NCBI RefSeq assembly: GCF_006345805.1
Contig: NW_021835519.1
Coordinates: 1 to 39,919, forward strand
Reading direction: 5' to 3'
Length of the DNA: 39,919 nucleotides
Source: Octopus sinensis
Lineage: Eukaryota
Shown here: positions 1 through 11,060 of the stretch, piece after piece
Numbering within the stretch: position 1 is the stretch's first letter
Layout of the letters: each line of letters begins with the position of its first letter
Notes under the pieces: model-generated
Seen by the model: only the letters and a program-made list of their open reading frames with translations
Told to the model about the DNA's origin: nothing
Database searches by the model: none
Made by a program: the position numbers and the translations under genes

Positions 1-119
1 GAGCTCCGCTCGAAACGTAAAACCCTCCTTCTTCCCTTCCTTCCTGAGCATCCAATAATACTATATTTGTTCCACGTCCTCGTGTTGTTGTGTTTTCTCT
101 TTGTGTTTTCATGCTTGGA

Positions 120-122
<3 letters not shown>
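1..122 (+). mobile_element. Dispersed repeat end, possibly a Penelope-like pLTR with the 3' half of a hammerhead (GAAA-CG-TA)
   Basis: Bases 59-122 recur at about 21038-21102. Bases 12-19 read GAAACGTA with a palindromic ACGT. The 5' part is cut by the window edge. Confidence 0.4.
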
Positions 123-161
<39 letters not shown>

Positions 162-182
162 TGCATGTATATGTTTGTGCAT

Positions 183-385
183 TTATGTTTGTCACCCCCA
201 ACATCGCTTGACAACCGATGTTGGTATGTTTATGTCTCTGTAACCTAGTGGCTCAGCAAATGCGATCGATAGGATAAGTACTAAGCTTACAAAGAATAAG
301 TCCTGGGGTTGATACTTTTGACTAAAGGCAGTGCTCTAGCATGGCCGCAGTCCAATGACTGAAACGAGTAAAAGAATAAAAGAAT
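183..385 (+). mobile_element. tRNA-derived SINE family A, 3' half
   Basis: Matches the 3' halves of the full copies at 2905-3322 and 24934-25370 (cttgacaaccgatg...gcatggccgcagtc...gtaaaaga tail). Confidence 0.85.
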
Positions 386-430
386 ATATACATACATGTG
401 TGTGCGCGCGTGTGTGTGTGCTTGTGTATA

Positions 431-466
<36 letters not shown>

Positions 467-487
467 TGTATATAATATGATATGTGT

Positions 488-650
488 TTATGGTTCTGTG
501 GTTAAGAAGTTCCCTTTCCAACAATGTAGTTCTGGGTTCAATCCCACTGCATGGCACCTTGGGCAAGTGTCTTCTACTTGAGCTCCAAGCTGACCAAAGC
601 ATTCTTTGCAGATTTGGTGGATGGAAACTGAAAGAAGCCTGTTGTACAAA
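488..650 (+). mobile_element. tRNA-derived SINE family A, 5' half
   Basis: Pol III B-box-like gggttcaatccc, followed by caccttgggcaagtgtcttct (CORE-like) and ggaaactgaaagaagcc. Confidence 0.8.
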
Positions 651-951
651 TGTGTGTCTATATATATACATATAGGTATGTATATGAAATGGAGTGCTTT
701 ACTCATGAGCACAACTCATTGCTTTCTCCAGGAATTGAAACCACAATCTTATGATCATGAAGCCATTCTCGTCCACTTATGAACGTTTATTTACAATTAT
801 AAAACCCCAAAGTCAGATGCTACACCAATTTTCTGGATTCTGAGAGTCCGTAACCTTTCATAATCTGCTCTAATTTATGTGCAGCCACTTCAGGTCCGTG
901 CAGCCACGGAAACTAAATTACGGGTACTTTACACAGTACAGTAGGAATAAG

Positions 952-1316
952 TACTTGTACTTGTGGCGACATTCACCCTGGGCGGGTTGAGTCGGCTTCT
1001 TCCACCACCCTCGAGGCATCTCGAACCATGGCAGCCCACGCATGACCGTCCTGCGCCAGTTCACTGGAGATAGTGAGCCAGTCACGGTTCCATCGGCACA
1101 GGCCGACCACCTGCGGACCAGTGAGCACGGTGAAGTCCTCCTTGATCGTCGTAGCTCAGGTCTTCAGCTGCCCACCCACGCGTTTCCGCCAGTCGGGTGA
1201 AGAACATCACGGCTCAGTTCACCCACCGGACGCCTAGATGCATGGCCAAACCACCGCAAGCGGCGTTACAGAAGGACAGATGGAAGGGGCCGCAGAGACA
1301 GGCCAGGCGATATCGG
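952..1316 (-). mobile_element. 5'-truncated RTE-clade LINE 3' end
   Basis: The minus strand translates RRLRWFGHASRR and, after a frameshift, KEDF...RWNRDW...LAQDGHAWAAMVRDA...RPG*. It ends in (CAAGTA)2. A 9-bp direct repeat AGGAATAAG at 943-951 and 1317-1325 is a probable TSD. Confidence 0.85.
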
Positions 1317-1366
1317 AGGAATAAGGAATAAGCTGGTATCATTTATGCTAATGTCCAGTTCTCTGT

Positions 1367-1632
1367 CATCTTCATCATTGTTTAACATCCACTTTCCATA
1401 TTGGCATGGGTCGGACAGTTTGGCAGGAGCCTGCACCAGTCTGTTTTAGCAGGACTTTCACAGCTTGATGCCCTTCCTAACACCAACCACCCCGGTAGAG
1501 TGGACTCAGTGCTTTTTTCGTGGTACCAGCACAGGCAAGGTCAGTTTTGGTATGGCTTTTTACAGCTGGATGCCCTTCCAAATATGCCAACCACTTGACA
1601 GTGTGGACTGGATTCTTTTTAGGTGGTAGTAG
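1367..1632 (-). mobile_element. LINE (RTE-type) 3' UTR-derived repeat
   Basis: Reverse complement of the element at 5885-6130 and 8545-8770 (ggatgcccttcc, gtttaacatccactttccat, (CAT)n tail). The internal unit is duplicated. Confidence 0.7.
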
Positions 1633-1799
1633 CAATGATAGGGTCATCAAGTAAATTGCAAGACAAAAATCTTTTGAGAGGGGAGGGGCATGGGAGGAGG
1701 GGATCTTGTGTCAAATAATGAAAGGTTAGAGTGTGACAGAGAGACAGAGAGGTGGAAATAAGTGTCTTGCTGTAAAGGAGGTACATGGTCACCGAGCCA

Positions 1800-1891
1800 G
1801 AGAGAGAGAGTGAGAGAGTGAGAAAGAGCGAGAGAGTGAGAGAGTGAGAGAGAGTGTGAGTGTGAGAGAGAGAGAGTGAGAGAGAATGAGA

Positions 1892-1930
<39 letters not shown>

Positions 1931-1980
1931 GGAGAGAGAGAGTGAGAGAGAGTGAGAGTGAGAGTGAGAGAGAGAGAGAG
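1800..1980. repeat. (GA)n/(GAGT)n microsatellite
   Basis: Read directly from the sequence. Confidence 0.95.
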
Positions 1981-2237
1981 TAATCAGGAATGAGGACAGA
2001 GACAGGTGTGCCACTGTATTTCATTTAATTATGAAAATCAATTTATTTTTTTTTAATTTAGAGGTGACCACCCTCACTTGATAAAAAAAAACAACAGCAA
2101 TCGCGAATAGCTTCGGAACCAAAGGTTCCAGAAACTCAAAGTTGTTTCCTCTCCTTCTACGGTTTTGATCTCATCAAGCACCAAATTCTTTTGCATGATT
2201 TAAACTGGAAGTTAATATTATTTTTTATTTTATTCAG

Positions 2238-2347
2238 TATCCTGAATTTCCAGGGGACAAAAGCATCCGTGAAGAAGCAGAGCATGACACAGTTGCTGGA
2301 CAAACTTTTGGAAGGCTACGATAAACGACTCCGACCCGACTTTGGTC
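2238..2347 (+). CDS. GABA-A-type Cys-loop receptor subunit (Grd/CG8916-like), N-terminal extracellular exon (ILNFQGTKASVKKQSMTQLLDKLLEGYDKRLRPDFG)
   Basis: Acceptor ttttattttattcag| at 2237 and donor |gtaagt at 2348. Encodes the LLDKLLEGYDKRLRP helix motif typical of GABA/glycine receptors. 110 nt, phase 2 to phase 1, matching the equivalent GABA-A alpha exon. An alternative acceptor at 2253 is possible but gives phase 0. Confidence 0.88.
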
Positions 2348-2404
2348 GTAAGTGAAGTTTTTTTAAAGAATATTTCTTCATGGCTGCATGTAATACGACT
2401 GATT

Positions 2405-2837
2405 ACTCTTTTACCCTTTTTTTTTTTTTTTTACTTGTTTCAGTCATTTGACTGCGGCCATGCTGGGGCAGGGACCACCTTTAGTCGACCAAATCGACCC
2501 CGGCTTATTTTGTAAACCCAGTACTTATTCTATCGGTCTCTTTTGCCGAACTGCTAAGTGACGGGGAGTAAACCACACCAGCATCGGTGTCAAGCAATGC
2601 TAGGGGACAAACACAGACACACAAACACTACACATATAATATTATATATAATATATATATATATAATATATACGACAGGCTTCTTTCAGTTTCCGTCTAC
2701 CAAATCCACTCACAAGGCATTGGTCGGCCAAGTCTATAGCATAAGACACTTGCCCAAGATGCCACGCAGTGGGATTGAACCCGGAACCATGTGGTTGGTT
2801 AGCAAGCTACTTACCACACAGCCACTCCTGCACCTAT
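2405..2837 (-). mobile_element. tRNA-derived SINE family A, full length
   Basis: Reverse complement of 2905-3322. A- and B-box-like head at the right end, internal (TA)n, (GTAAAAGA)n tail at the left. Confidence 0.92.
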
Positions 2838-2904
2838 GAAATTTAAGACAAACATGATGGAAAAATCTGGAAACTAAATGATGTGACTTGGATATTTCTG
2901 TCTT

Positions 2905-3322
2905 ATAGGCGTAGGAGTGGGTGTGTGGTAAGTAGCTTGCTTATGAACCACATGGTTCTAGGTTCAGTCCCACTGTGTGGCACCTTGGGTAAGTGTCTTC
3001 TACTATAGCCTCGGGCCAACCAAAGCCCTGTGAGTGGATTTAGTAGATGGAAACTGAAAGAAGCCTGTTGTATATATGTATATATATATATATATGTATG
3101 TGCATGTTTGTGTGTCTGTGTTTGTCCCCCAACATTGCTTGACAACCGATGCTGGTGTGTTTATGTCCCCGTAACTTAGCAGTTCGGCAAAAGAGACCGA
3201 TAGAATAAGTACTAGGTTTACAAAGAATAAGTCCTGGGGTCGATTTGATCGACTAAAGGCGGTGCTCCAGCATGGCCACAGTCACATGACTGAAACAAGT
3301 AAAAGAGTAAAAGAGTAAAGAG
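2905..3322 (+). mobile_element. tRNA-derived SINE family A, full length
   Basis: Head ataggcgtaggagtgggtgtgtggtaag...ggttcagtccc, CORE-like caccttggg.aagtgtcttc, internal microsatellite, gtaaaaga tail. Confidence 0.92.
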
Positions 3323-3324
3323 TT

Positions 3325-3575
3325 ATTATTTTCTCAATTAATTTTGAAAATACTGAAGAATTTAGTAAAATAATTTTGTTATTATTAGGTTGGTGTTTGG
3401 AAGATTAATTAATAAGAAATTTTAATGAAAGGTTTTAATTTATTTCACTTTAAATCAGGAAGTTTGTATCAGAGATCCAGAGTCAGTCTCAGATGGGTTG
3501 GTATCAAAAGGATTAAGACAGACATGATGGAAAGATCTGGAAGCTGAATCATAGTACTAGGATATTTCTGTTGAA
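3325..3575 (+). repeat. piggyBac-like MITE end plus local spacer (about 240-bp local repeat unit)
   Basis: The element ends in ggtatcaaaagg(g/a)ttaa (GGG+TTAA-type terminus) and is followed by aagacagacatgatggaaagatctgg...ggatatttctgt. The same unit recurs at 4780-5425. Confidence 0.6.
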
Positions 3576-3989
3576 ATATGTTGTCTTTGTTTCATCTCAT
3601 ATAATAAATGTGAAAGTCAGTGTGTCAGTGTGTCACGCTTTTTCAATTTTATTCCTACATCTGTAGCCCAACATATCATACCATTTTGAAATCAGGCTGA
3701 CTATATGAGTAAATTAAAACTATTCTGGGCTGAATTCAGATATGCAATCCTGAAATTCTGGATTCCCAAATTTTCATGATGGCCATACAAAAAAATAAAT
3801 AAAAATTAAGGGGAGATAACTAATAAAAGAAGCAAAAGGAAGTAAGTTAACTCAACTTATGAGTTTAGTTTGGAATTGGAAATCAAACAAGATGTCATGT
3901 GGGAGACCAGTGGCATTGCAGGTTATTGTACCCATGTAGCAATCTTCAATTGTGAAACAATGTTTGAAGAATCGTAGAATATTACTAAA

Positions 3990-4530
3990 TTCATGGAGTC
4001 ATGCAACAACATGCTTCACTGGTTGGCACAGCGCTGTTTAATTATGAACATGTACACCTGTGACTGTTGCAATTCAACATGTGGCCTTATCACATGTGAT
4101 GATATTATTGACAGAAAATTTTGGTACTGCAAGCATTATAAAATGCAAAATTCAATCCCTAAATGGGTTATACTTTGACAAATGTCATGTGCCCATGTAC
4201 AACATCCTTTTAATTATTTGTTGTTGGTCATGTGATATGTCGTAAAATGATATGATGCATGAATCTTCTATACATGGTAGAACTACGATCGTGGGTTGGA
4301 GTAATTCCTGTCGATCAATATGTGACGCTTGGCGCAAACAAAATTCAGTGCAAATTGGCAGCATTGATGCTGAGGAACAACCAGTTGGTGTTGGAGATAG
4401 TTCAAAAGACTTCAGTTACCAACAGGTCCCAAGTATAATCACTGAAGGTAACTGGGATTCATCTGATGGAACCCTGCTTTTCTCACAGGCATCTTTATGT
4501 TGGTTGGTCAAGAGTTGGGAATGGAAATAA
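3990..4530 (+). mobile_element. Decayed Merlin/ISXO2-like (IS1595-family) transposase fragment
   Basis: Across frameshifts: CxxC (TCDCCNSTC), D..FWYC, G.YFDK...NILLII.CW, and TTIVGWSNSCRSIC...QIGS...VGVGDSSKDF, which resembles the TIVDW.NFCR..C...IGG...VEIDESKF motif of Merlin transposases. Stops and frameshifts are present. Recognised from memory of the family, not by search. Confidence 0.6.
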
Positions 4531-4779
4531 GTTATCTCTGCTGACCCTTGAATGGGAAGACAAAGAAATGTTGTATATCATGAAGCTTTGAAATAAGTTC
4601 CAAGTCGAGAAATTATATTATTATTTTAATGAAAACTGTTCATTGCTTGAAAAATATTGGTCAAGTTTAATAATATTTAATATGTACTCAATGCATGAAA
4701 TGTCATTGTTGGGCCCAAGGCCCTATGAAGAGCCCTCTACAGAAGCTACCTTAAAAACCACCCTATCAGCTCACTTTTA

Positions 4780-5425
4780 AGCTAGTGTCCATTAATTTTG
4801 AAAATAATGAGGAATTTTGTCAAATAACTTTGTGGTTTTTAAGCTGGTGCTTCAAACAAATTTTGAGGGCCGGTTTTAATTTAGATTGCTTTAAAACAGA
4901 AGGTTTGTATCATGGAACCAGAGGTGGTCAAAAGAGTTAAAACAAACATGATGCAAAGACGTGGAAACCAAATCATAAAACATAGGTTGTTTCTATTGAA
5001 ATATATACTGCCTTTTTTTTTTAGTTAATTTTGAATATAAAGGTGAATTTAGTAAAATAACTTAGTTATGAACTAAACTTGGAACATAACTTAACATAAA
5101 ATTTTGATGGAAGACTTTAACTGAGATTACTTTAAAATGAAAAGTTTGTACCATAAAACCAGGATTGGTCTCTGGCAGGTTGCTATCAAAAATGATAAGA
5201 CAAGCATGATGGAAAGATCTGATCTGGAAACTAAATCATATGGCTAGGATATTTCTGTGTTTTGGATATAAATTTTGATGGCAGGCAGGAAGTTTTATTC
5301 ATAAAAGTAGGGATGGTCTCAGTTGGGTTGGTATCAAAAAGGTAAAGACAAGCATGATGGAAAGATCTGGAAACTAAATCATATGGCTAGGATATTTCTG
5401 TTGAAATATATTGCCTTTGTGGCAA
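4780..5425 (+). repeat. Tandem triplet of MITE end plus spacer (third copy truncated)
   Basis: Spacer copies at about 4939-4997, 5197-5258 and 5345-5401, each preceded by ...ggtatcaaaa(g/t)g.taa-type ends. Confidence 0.7.
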
Positions 5426-5454
5426 TTAATTTTGATAATAATGAAAAAGAGAGA

Positions 5455-5813
<359 letters not shown>

Positions 5814-5884
5814 TGTGGAAACCGTGTCTTTCTTCTAGCGAAAGATAACTTTCTGTCACTCAATACTTCTCCTCCAGCTGAGAG

Positions 5885-6094
5885 CACTTGTGAATTAATT
5901 GGTGACCTCACTGGTACTGGTGTCATGTAAAAAGCACCCAGTACACTGTGTAAAGTGGTCAGCATTAGGAAGGGCATCCAGTCATAGAAAGCAGACAGCA
6001 GAACTTAATAAACCCTTCTTATTTGCCAGTTCCTGTCTAACCGTCCTACCCATACAAGCATGGAAAACGGACGTTAAATGACGATGACGATGAC

Positions 6095-6130
<36 letters not shown>
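5885..6130 (+). mobile_element. LINE (RTE-type) 3' UTR-derived repeat with (GAT)n tail
   Basis: aaaagcaccc...aggaagggcatccag...gcatggaaaacggacgttaa followed by (GAC/GAT)n. Homologous to 8545-8770. Confidence 0.75.
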
Positions 6131-6879
6131 ACAGCTATAAATATAATTTTTCTGTAACATAACAAACAGACTCCATATCAGAACATTTCATGGTCAGTGA
6201 AACACCAGACCGTGTTATGAACAAGCAAGGTAGTTCATTACAGACTGGCAGACCACAGAAATGTTTAACAATCGTTGCCCATAAACGAAATTACCATATA
6301 AGGAGTGGGCTGAAAGAGTGAGGACAAGTAAATAGATGTAAATCGAGGAAAACAGATAATAAAATGAAAACATGAAACGAAATAAAACCAAGTAAAACGT
6401 GTTGATCACGTGAAGCCAAAAGCCAATTGTATGTCCCCAATTTACAGCTTATTAAATTTTAACCCCTGTGTGATTTGAACTCAAACCTCAAAGGAACCAT
6501 CAAAGAAAACAATTTATACAACACCAAACGATATATTCAGTGTTCTACTGCTTCTTCCTTGCATAAATATCCTGCCATGTGGCTGTCGTCTGCCATCTTC
6601 AATCAAATACTATGGCTGACTGCTGTCACATAATTTCGCTGTTATGTTCGTTAGCTGCGGCAGATAACGAATTGAAATTTGTACAAGAGTGACACTTAAC
6701 CACATAAATTACATTGGGGTCTGTTTTGATTATTTCTTTTTCGTTTGTTTATTTGTTTTATTTACTTACTTGTTTCTTTTTTTTTTTCCTTCTTTTCTGG
6801 ATCGTTTGCTAATTATTGCTTTTGGCTGTTTTTTTTTTTTCTAGATGGGTTAAGGGCCACTAACGATGTCTGTATGTAG

Positions 6880-7112
6880 AGTAATGTGTGTGTGTGTATG
6901 TGTGTATGTGTGTCTGGGTATGTATGTATGTGTGTCTGGGTATGTATGGAGATATATATATATATTATGTATATATATATGTATGTATATATATATATAT
7001 ATATGCATATATATATATATACATATATACACACACATGCATATATGTGATATGCATACATACACGCATATATGCTTACATGTGTATATAGATGTATATG
7101 TACATGTGAGTG

Positions 7113-7181
<69 letters not shown>

Positions 7182-7641
7182 CATCACGATATATACACGC
7201 ACTGAAAGCAAGAGGGGGGAAGAGAAACTGAATGAGAGAAGAAGAAGAAGAAGAAGAAGAAGAAGAAGAAGAAAAGGAAGAAGAAGAAGAAGAAGAAGAA
7301 GAAGAAGAAGAAGAAGAAGAAGAAGAAGAAGAGAAGAAAAAGAAGAAGAAGAAGAAGAAGAAGAAGAAAGAAGAAGAAGAAGAGAAGAAGAAGAAGAAGA
7401 AGAAGAAGAAGAAGAAGAAGAAGAAGAAGAAGAAGAAGGGTGAGAAACTAAACAGAATGAAATGAACAGGACAAAAGAAATGGCCAAAAATACCACTGGC
7501 GTTCATTATAAGAATATCAGATAGAGATAGATATACACAGACACATACACACGAGTATATACAAGCATATATAAGGGCATATATATATATGGATGTAATA
7601 TGTATGTATGTATGTATGTATGTATATATGTATGTATATAG

Positions 7642-7689
<48 letters not shown>

Positions 7690-7730
7690 ATATATTATAT
7701 ATATATATATAATATATATAATATATATAT
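6880..7730. repeat. Compound (TG)n/(TA)n/(GAA)n microsatellite block
   Basis: Read directly from the sequence. (GAA)n lies at about 7237-7438. Confidence 0.95.
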
Positions 7731-7954
7731 AAATATTAAAATTACTAAGTCTCTCTAAGGAGATTAAGGCAGCGTTACTGGATGTTAATAGTTATCGCCA
7801 TACTAATATGGCAGTCTATAAATATAAGACTAAAGCTGTCGCTGATTAGCTCCAACAGGCCATCGCCTCTAGCTAGCTATTTGACACACGAACCTGCGGC
7901 CATTACAACCTTCGAACAGGGGAGGTCAGCCGCTTCACCTTGCTAGTCAGACAT

Positions 7955-7995
7955 CTGCAGACATGTTTCAGGGTTGTTGCCCTTTATCAATGCAG
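7955..7995 (-). ncRNA. Minimal type-I hammerhead ribozyme (U3/A8 core variant)
   Basis: Minus strand: CTGCA-TTGATAA-AGGG-caacaa-CCCT-GAAA-CATG-TC-TGCAG. 5-bp helix I, 4-bp helix II, palindromic helix III ACATGT, GUC triplet. Confidence 0.85.
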
Positions 7996-8255
7996 CGTAG
8001 TCAGAACCAGCAGGTGTCGCTACTGACCGTCTGTTCAAAGATTTTATTTACCTAGTTACAGTTATATTTATAGAGTGCCATATTAGTATGGCGATAACTA
8101 TTAATATCCAGTAACGCTGCCGTAATCTCCTTTAGAGAGACTTAGTAATTTTAATATTTCTATTATTGAAAACAAGTGGATGTATTCCACTGTAACTAGG
8201 TAAATAAAATCTTCGAACAGATGGTCAGTAGCGACACCTGCTGGTTCTGACTACG

Positions 8256-8296
8256 CTGCATTGATAAAGGGTAACAACCCTGAAACATGTCTGCAG
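8256..8296 (+). ncRNA. Minimal type-I hammerhead ribozyme (U3/A8 core variant)
   Basis: CTGCA-TTGATAA-AGGGT-aaca-ACCCT-GAAA-CATG-TC-TGCAG. Predicted cleavage after C8291. Confidence 0.87.
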
Positions 8297-8486
8297 ATGT
8301 CTGACTAGCAAGGTGAAGCGGCTGACCTCCCCTGTTTGAAGGTTGTAATGGCCGCAGGTTCGTGTGTCAGATAGCTAGCTAGAGGCGATGGCTGTTGGAG
8401 CTAATCAGCGACAGCTTTAGTCTTATATTATAGACTGCCATATTAGTATGGCGATAACTATTAAAATATATATATATATATTATAT

Positions 8487-8529
<43 letters not shown>

Positions 8530-8544
8530 AACACCAAACAATCA

Positions 8545-8770
8545 TAGCCAATGCCAGTGCCTGACCAGCTCCTGTGCCCAGTGGCACGTAAAAGCACCCC
8601 TATACTCTCGGTGTGGTTGGCATTAGGAAGGGCAACCAGCTGTAGAAACTCTGCCAGATCAGACTGGGCCTGGTGCAGCCTCCTGGCTCTCCAGACCTCA
8701 GTCAAACCGGCCAACCCATATCAGCATGGAAAACGGTCATTAAACAACGATGATGATGATGATGATGATA
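8545..8770 (+). mobile_element. LINE (RTE-type) 3' UTR-derived repeat with (GAT)n tail
   Basis: gtggcacgtaaaagcaccc...aggaagggcaaccagctgtagaaac...gcatggaaaacgg followed by (GAT)n. Confidence 0.75.
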
Positions 8771-8784
8771 TACACAAGGTGCTC

Positions 8785-8935
8785 CTTATCAGTTTCAATC
8801 TACCAAATCTGCTCACAAGACTTCCGTTGGCCCAGGGCAATACTAGAAGACAGTTGCTCAAGGTGCCTTGCAGGGGGACTGAACCCAGGACCATGTGTTT
8901 GATAAGCAAACATCTTACCTCACAACCCTGCCTAA
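8785..8935 (-). mobile_element. SINE family A 5' half, diverged
   Basis: Reverse complement of the head (aaggtgcc...gggactgaacccaggaccatgtg). Confidence 0.7.
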
Positions 8936-9887
8936 ATAATCCACTAATATCCCCTACCAGGCAATACTCCAGCATGGCCACAGTCCAACGGTTTAAGGCA
9001 GTCAATAAGTGAAGAATGAATGCAATACTTAAGAATATCAGGAGATCTCCAAGACTCCATGATAACATAAGAGGATTAGGTCTGATTGGCGGCCACCAAT
9101 GTTTCTAATTTCTGATTATCAAGTTTGGTCGGTTCAGTTCTTGGACCGTATTAAATGCGAATTAGCAACAGAGATAATTGGATTCTTGCAGCATTGGCAC
9201 CAACAGATGTGACTTATGGAATATAAGTGCATGCTTTGTTTTTGTTGTTTGTTGTTGTTTGTGAAAGACAGAGAGAGAAAGCAGGGAGGTGGGGGTGCAT
9301 GTGTGCGTGGGTGTGTGAGTGTGTGTGCATGTGTGGGGAATATCCACTACAGATGCCAGCAAACACACACGCACGCACACATTATGTAAGTGTATGTGTA
9401 TGCATATATATGTGTGTGTGTGTGTACATATATATTATATATATATATGCATGTATATATTATATATATATTATATATATATACATGTATATATAAATTA
9501 TGCATATTTATATATACATATATATATTATACATCTTATAAATATATGCATATTTATATATATAGTATATATAATATATATATATATATTATATATATAT
9601 AGTAGTATGTATGTTATATTATATATATATTATATATTATATATATATATATAATACTACACACACACACACGCATATATATACATATGTAATAATATGT
9701 ATGTATATATATTATATATACATATACATATATATATATATTATATATATATAAATATGTATATGTATATATACATATATATACATACATATATATGCAT
9801 ATGTATATATATATGCGTGTGTGCATGTGTGTGTGTGTATGTATAGATAGATAGATTGAGAGGGCAAAAGAGGAGAGAAGGTATAGT

Positions 9888-10205
9888 CATGGCTATATGT
9901 TTAAGAAACTTCCACCCAACTGCATTTTTCTGGGTTCAATCCCACTGCATGGCACTCTATAGCTGTGTGCTATGAGGTTTGCTTCATGATCGCATGGTTC
10001 TGGGTTCAGTCCTACTGCAGGGAACCATGGGCAAGTGCCGCCTCCTATAGCCTTTGGCTGACCAAAGTCTAGTGTTTGCATGTAGTAGGTGGAAACTGAA
10101 AGAAGCCCATCGTTTATGTGTGTGCTATTGTGTTTGTCCCTCACCACAGCATTGGTTTGTTTACATCCTCATGATATAGCAATACACCAAAAAGACACTG
10201 ACAGA
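9888..10205 (+). mobile_element. SINE family A, diverged, with a duplicated tRNA-like head
   Basis: Two ctgggttca.tcc.actgca B-box segments (about 9930 and 10000), followed by the family body. Confidence 0.7.
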
Positions 10206-10207
10206 AT

Positions 10208-10209
<2 letters not shown>

Positions 10210-10240
<31 letters not shown>

Positions 10241-10418
10241 AGATCCCTTTACTGTTTCAGCCAATCATTGGGACGCTACCCCTTGAGGCACTCCCATGGT
10301 CAGCAATCCGCCACTGATCCCTGTTCTATGTCATGCTTAGCAGGGTCACTTCATATTCTGACCTGTCTGGTCCTTGATGTTGTCAGACCAGGATTTTCCT
10401 TCCCTGCCCCTCACCTGT
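10210..10418 (-). mobile_element. RTE-clade LINE 3' end fragment
   Basis: The minus strand gives GREGKSWSDNIKDQTG (GR.RK.W.DNIK-like) and then a (GAT)n tail at 10210-10240. Confidence 0.6.
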
Positions 10419-10419
10419 G

Positions 10420-10627
10420 AGCTGGCAGCACCGTTAGCACAGAGAGTAAAAGGCTAAGCAGCATTTCATCCATCTTTACGTTCTGAGTTCAAATTCCACT
10501 CAGCTCAACTTTGCCTTTCATCTTTTGGGGAGAGAGGGTCATTGTAAAAAGTACCAGTTATACACTGGGGTCGATGTAATCAGCTTGCCCTCTCCTCCAA
10601 AACTTCAAGTGTCTATAGTAGAAAGAA
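10420..10627 (+). mobile_element. tRNA-derived SINE family B
   Basis: gagctggcag...ttagca...ttctgagttcaaattcc...ctggggtcgatgtaatc...tatagtagaaag. Homologous to 24461-24680 and 26974-27187. Confidence 0.8.
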
Positions 10628-11060
10628 TTCTTCTTCTTCTTCTTTTCCTTCTCCTCCACCTCCTCCTCCTCCTCCACCTCCTCCTTATTCCTCTTTAGTT
10701 CTTCTTCTTCTTTTCTTTCTCCTCCTCCTCCACCTCCTCATTGCTCTTTCTTCTTCTTCTCCTACTTCTTCTTCTCCCTCTTCTTCTTCTTCTACTTCTC
10801 CTTCTTCTTCTTTTCTTCTTCTTCTTCTTCTTCTTCATCTTCTTCTTCTTCTTCTGCTTCTGCTTCTCCTTCTTCTTCTTCTTCTCCCTCTTCTTCTTCT
10901 CCCTCTTCTTCTTCTCCCTCTTCTTCTTCTCCTCTCTTCTTCTCCCTCTTCTTCTTCTTCTACTTCTCCTTCTTCTTCTTCTTCATCTTCTTATTCTTCT
11001 TCTCTTCTTCTTCTTCTTCTTCTTCTCCCTCTTCTTCTTCTCCTCTCCTCCTCTTTCTTC
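10628..11060. repeat. (CTT)n/(CCT)n microsatellite
   Basis: Read directly from the sequence. Starts at the SINE tail. Confidence 0.95.

Larger units (their letters stand above)
7731..8464. mobile_element. Penelope-like (PLE) pLTR-type fold-back element, arrangement A-B-A'-spacer-B'-partial A'
   Basis: 7731-7820 is inverted at 8069-8159, and 7785-8061 is inverted at 8190-8464. Each long arm carries a type-I hammerhead motif. The element sits in (TA)n. Confidence 0.75.

Noticed and set aside
2254-2347. Alternative acceptor (ttccag) for the first exon
   Set aside because: It gives a phase-0 start, whereas the homologous GABA-A intron is phase 2, and the 2237 acceptor has the better pyrimidine tract. 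Not fully excludable without the upstream exon.
6130-6720. Unique non-repetitive stretches here and at about 29840-30240 and 34020-34340 as possible enhancers or hidden exons
   Set aside because: No recognisable motif, ORF or structure. They cannot be supported without cross-species alignment.
6813-7506. Low-complexity ORFs (poly-S/L/F/E/I/Y) here and at 9.2-9.8, 10.7-11.9, 27-30, 31.6-33.9 and 35.2-35.9 kb
   Set aside because: These are translations of microsatellites.
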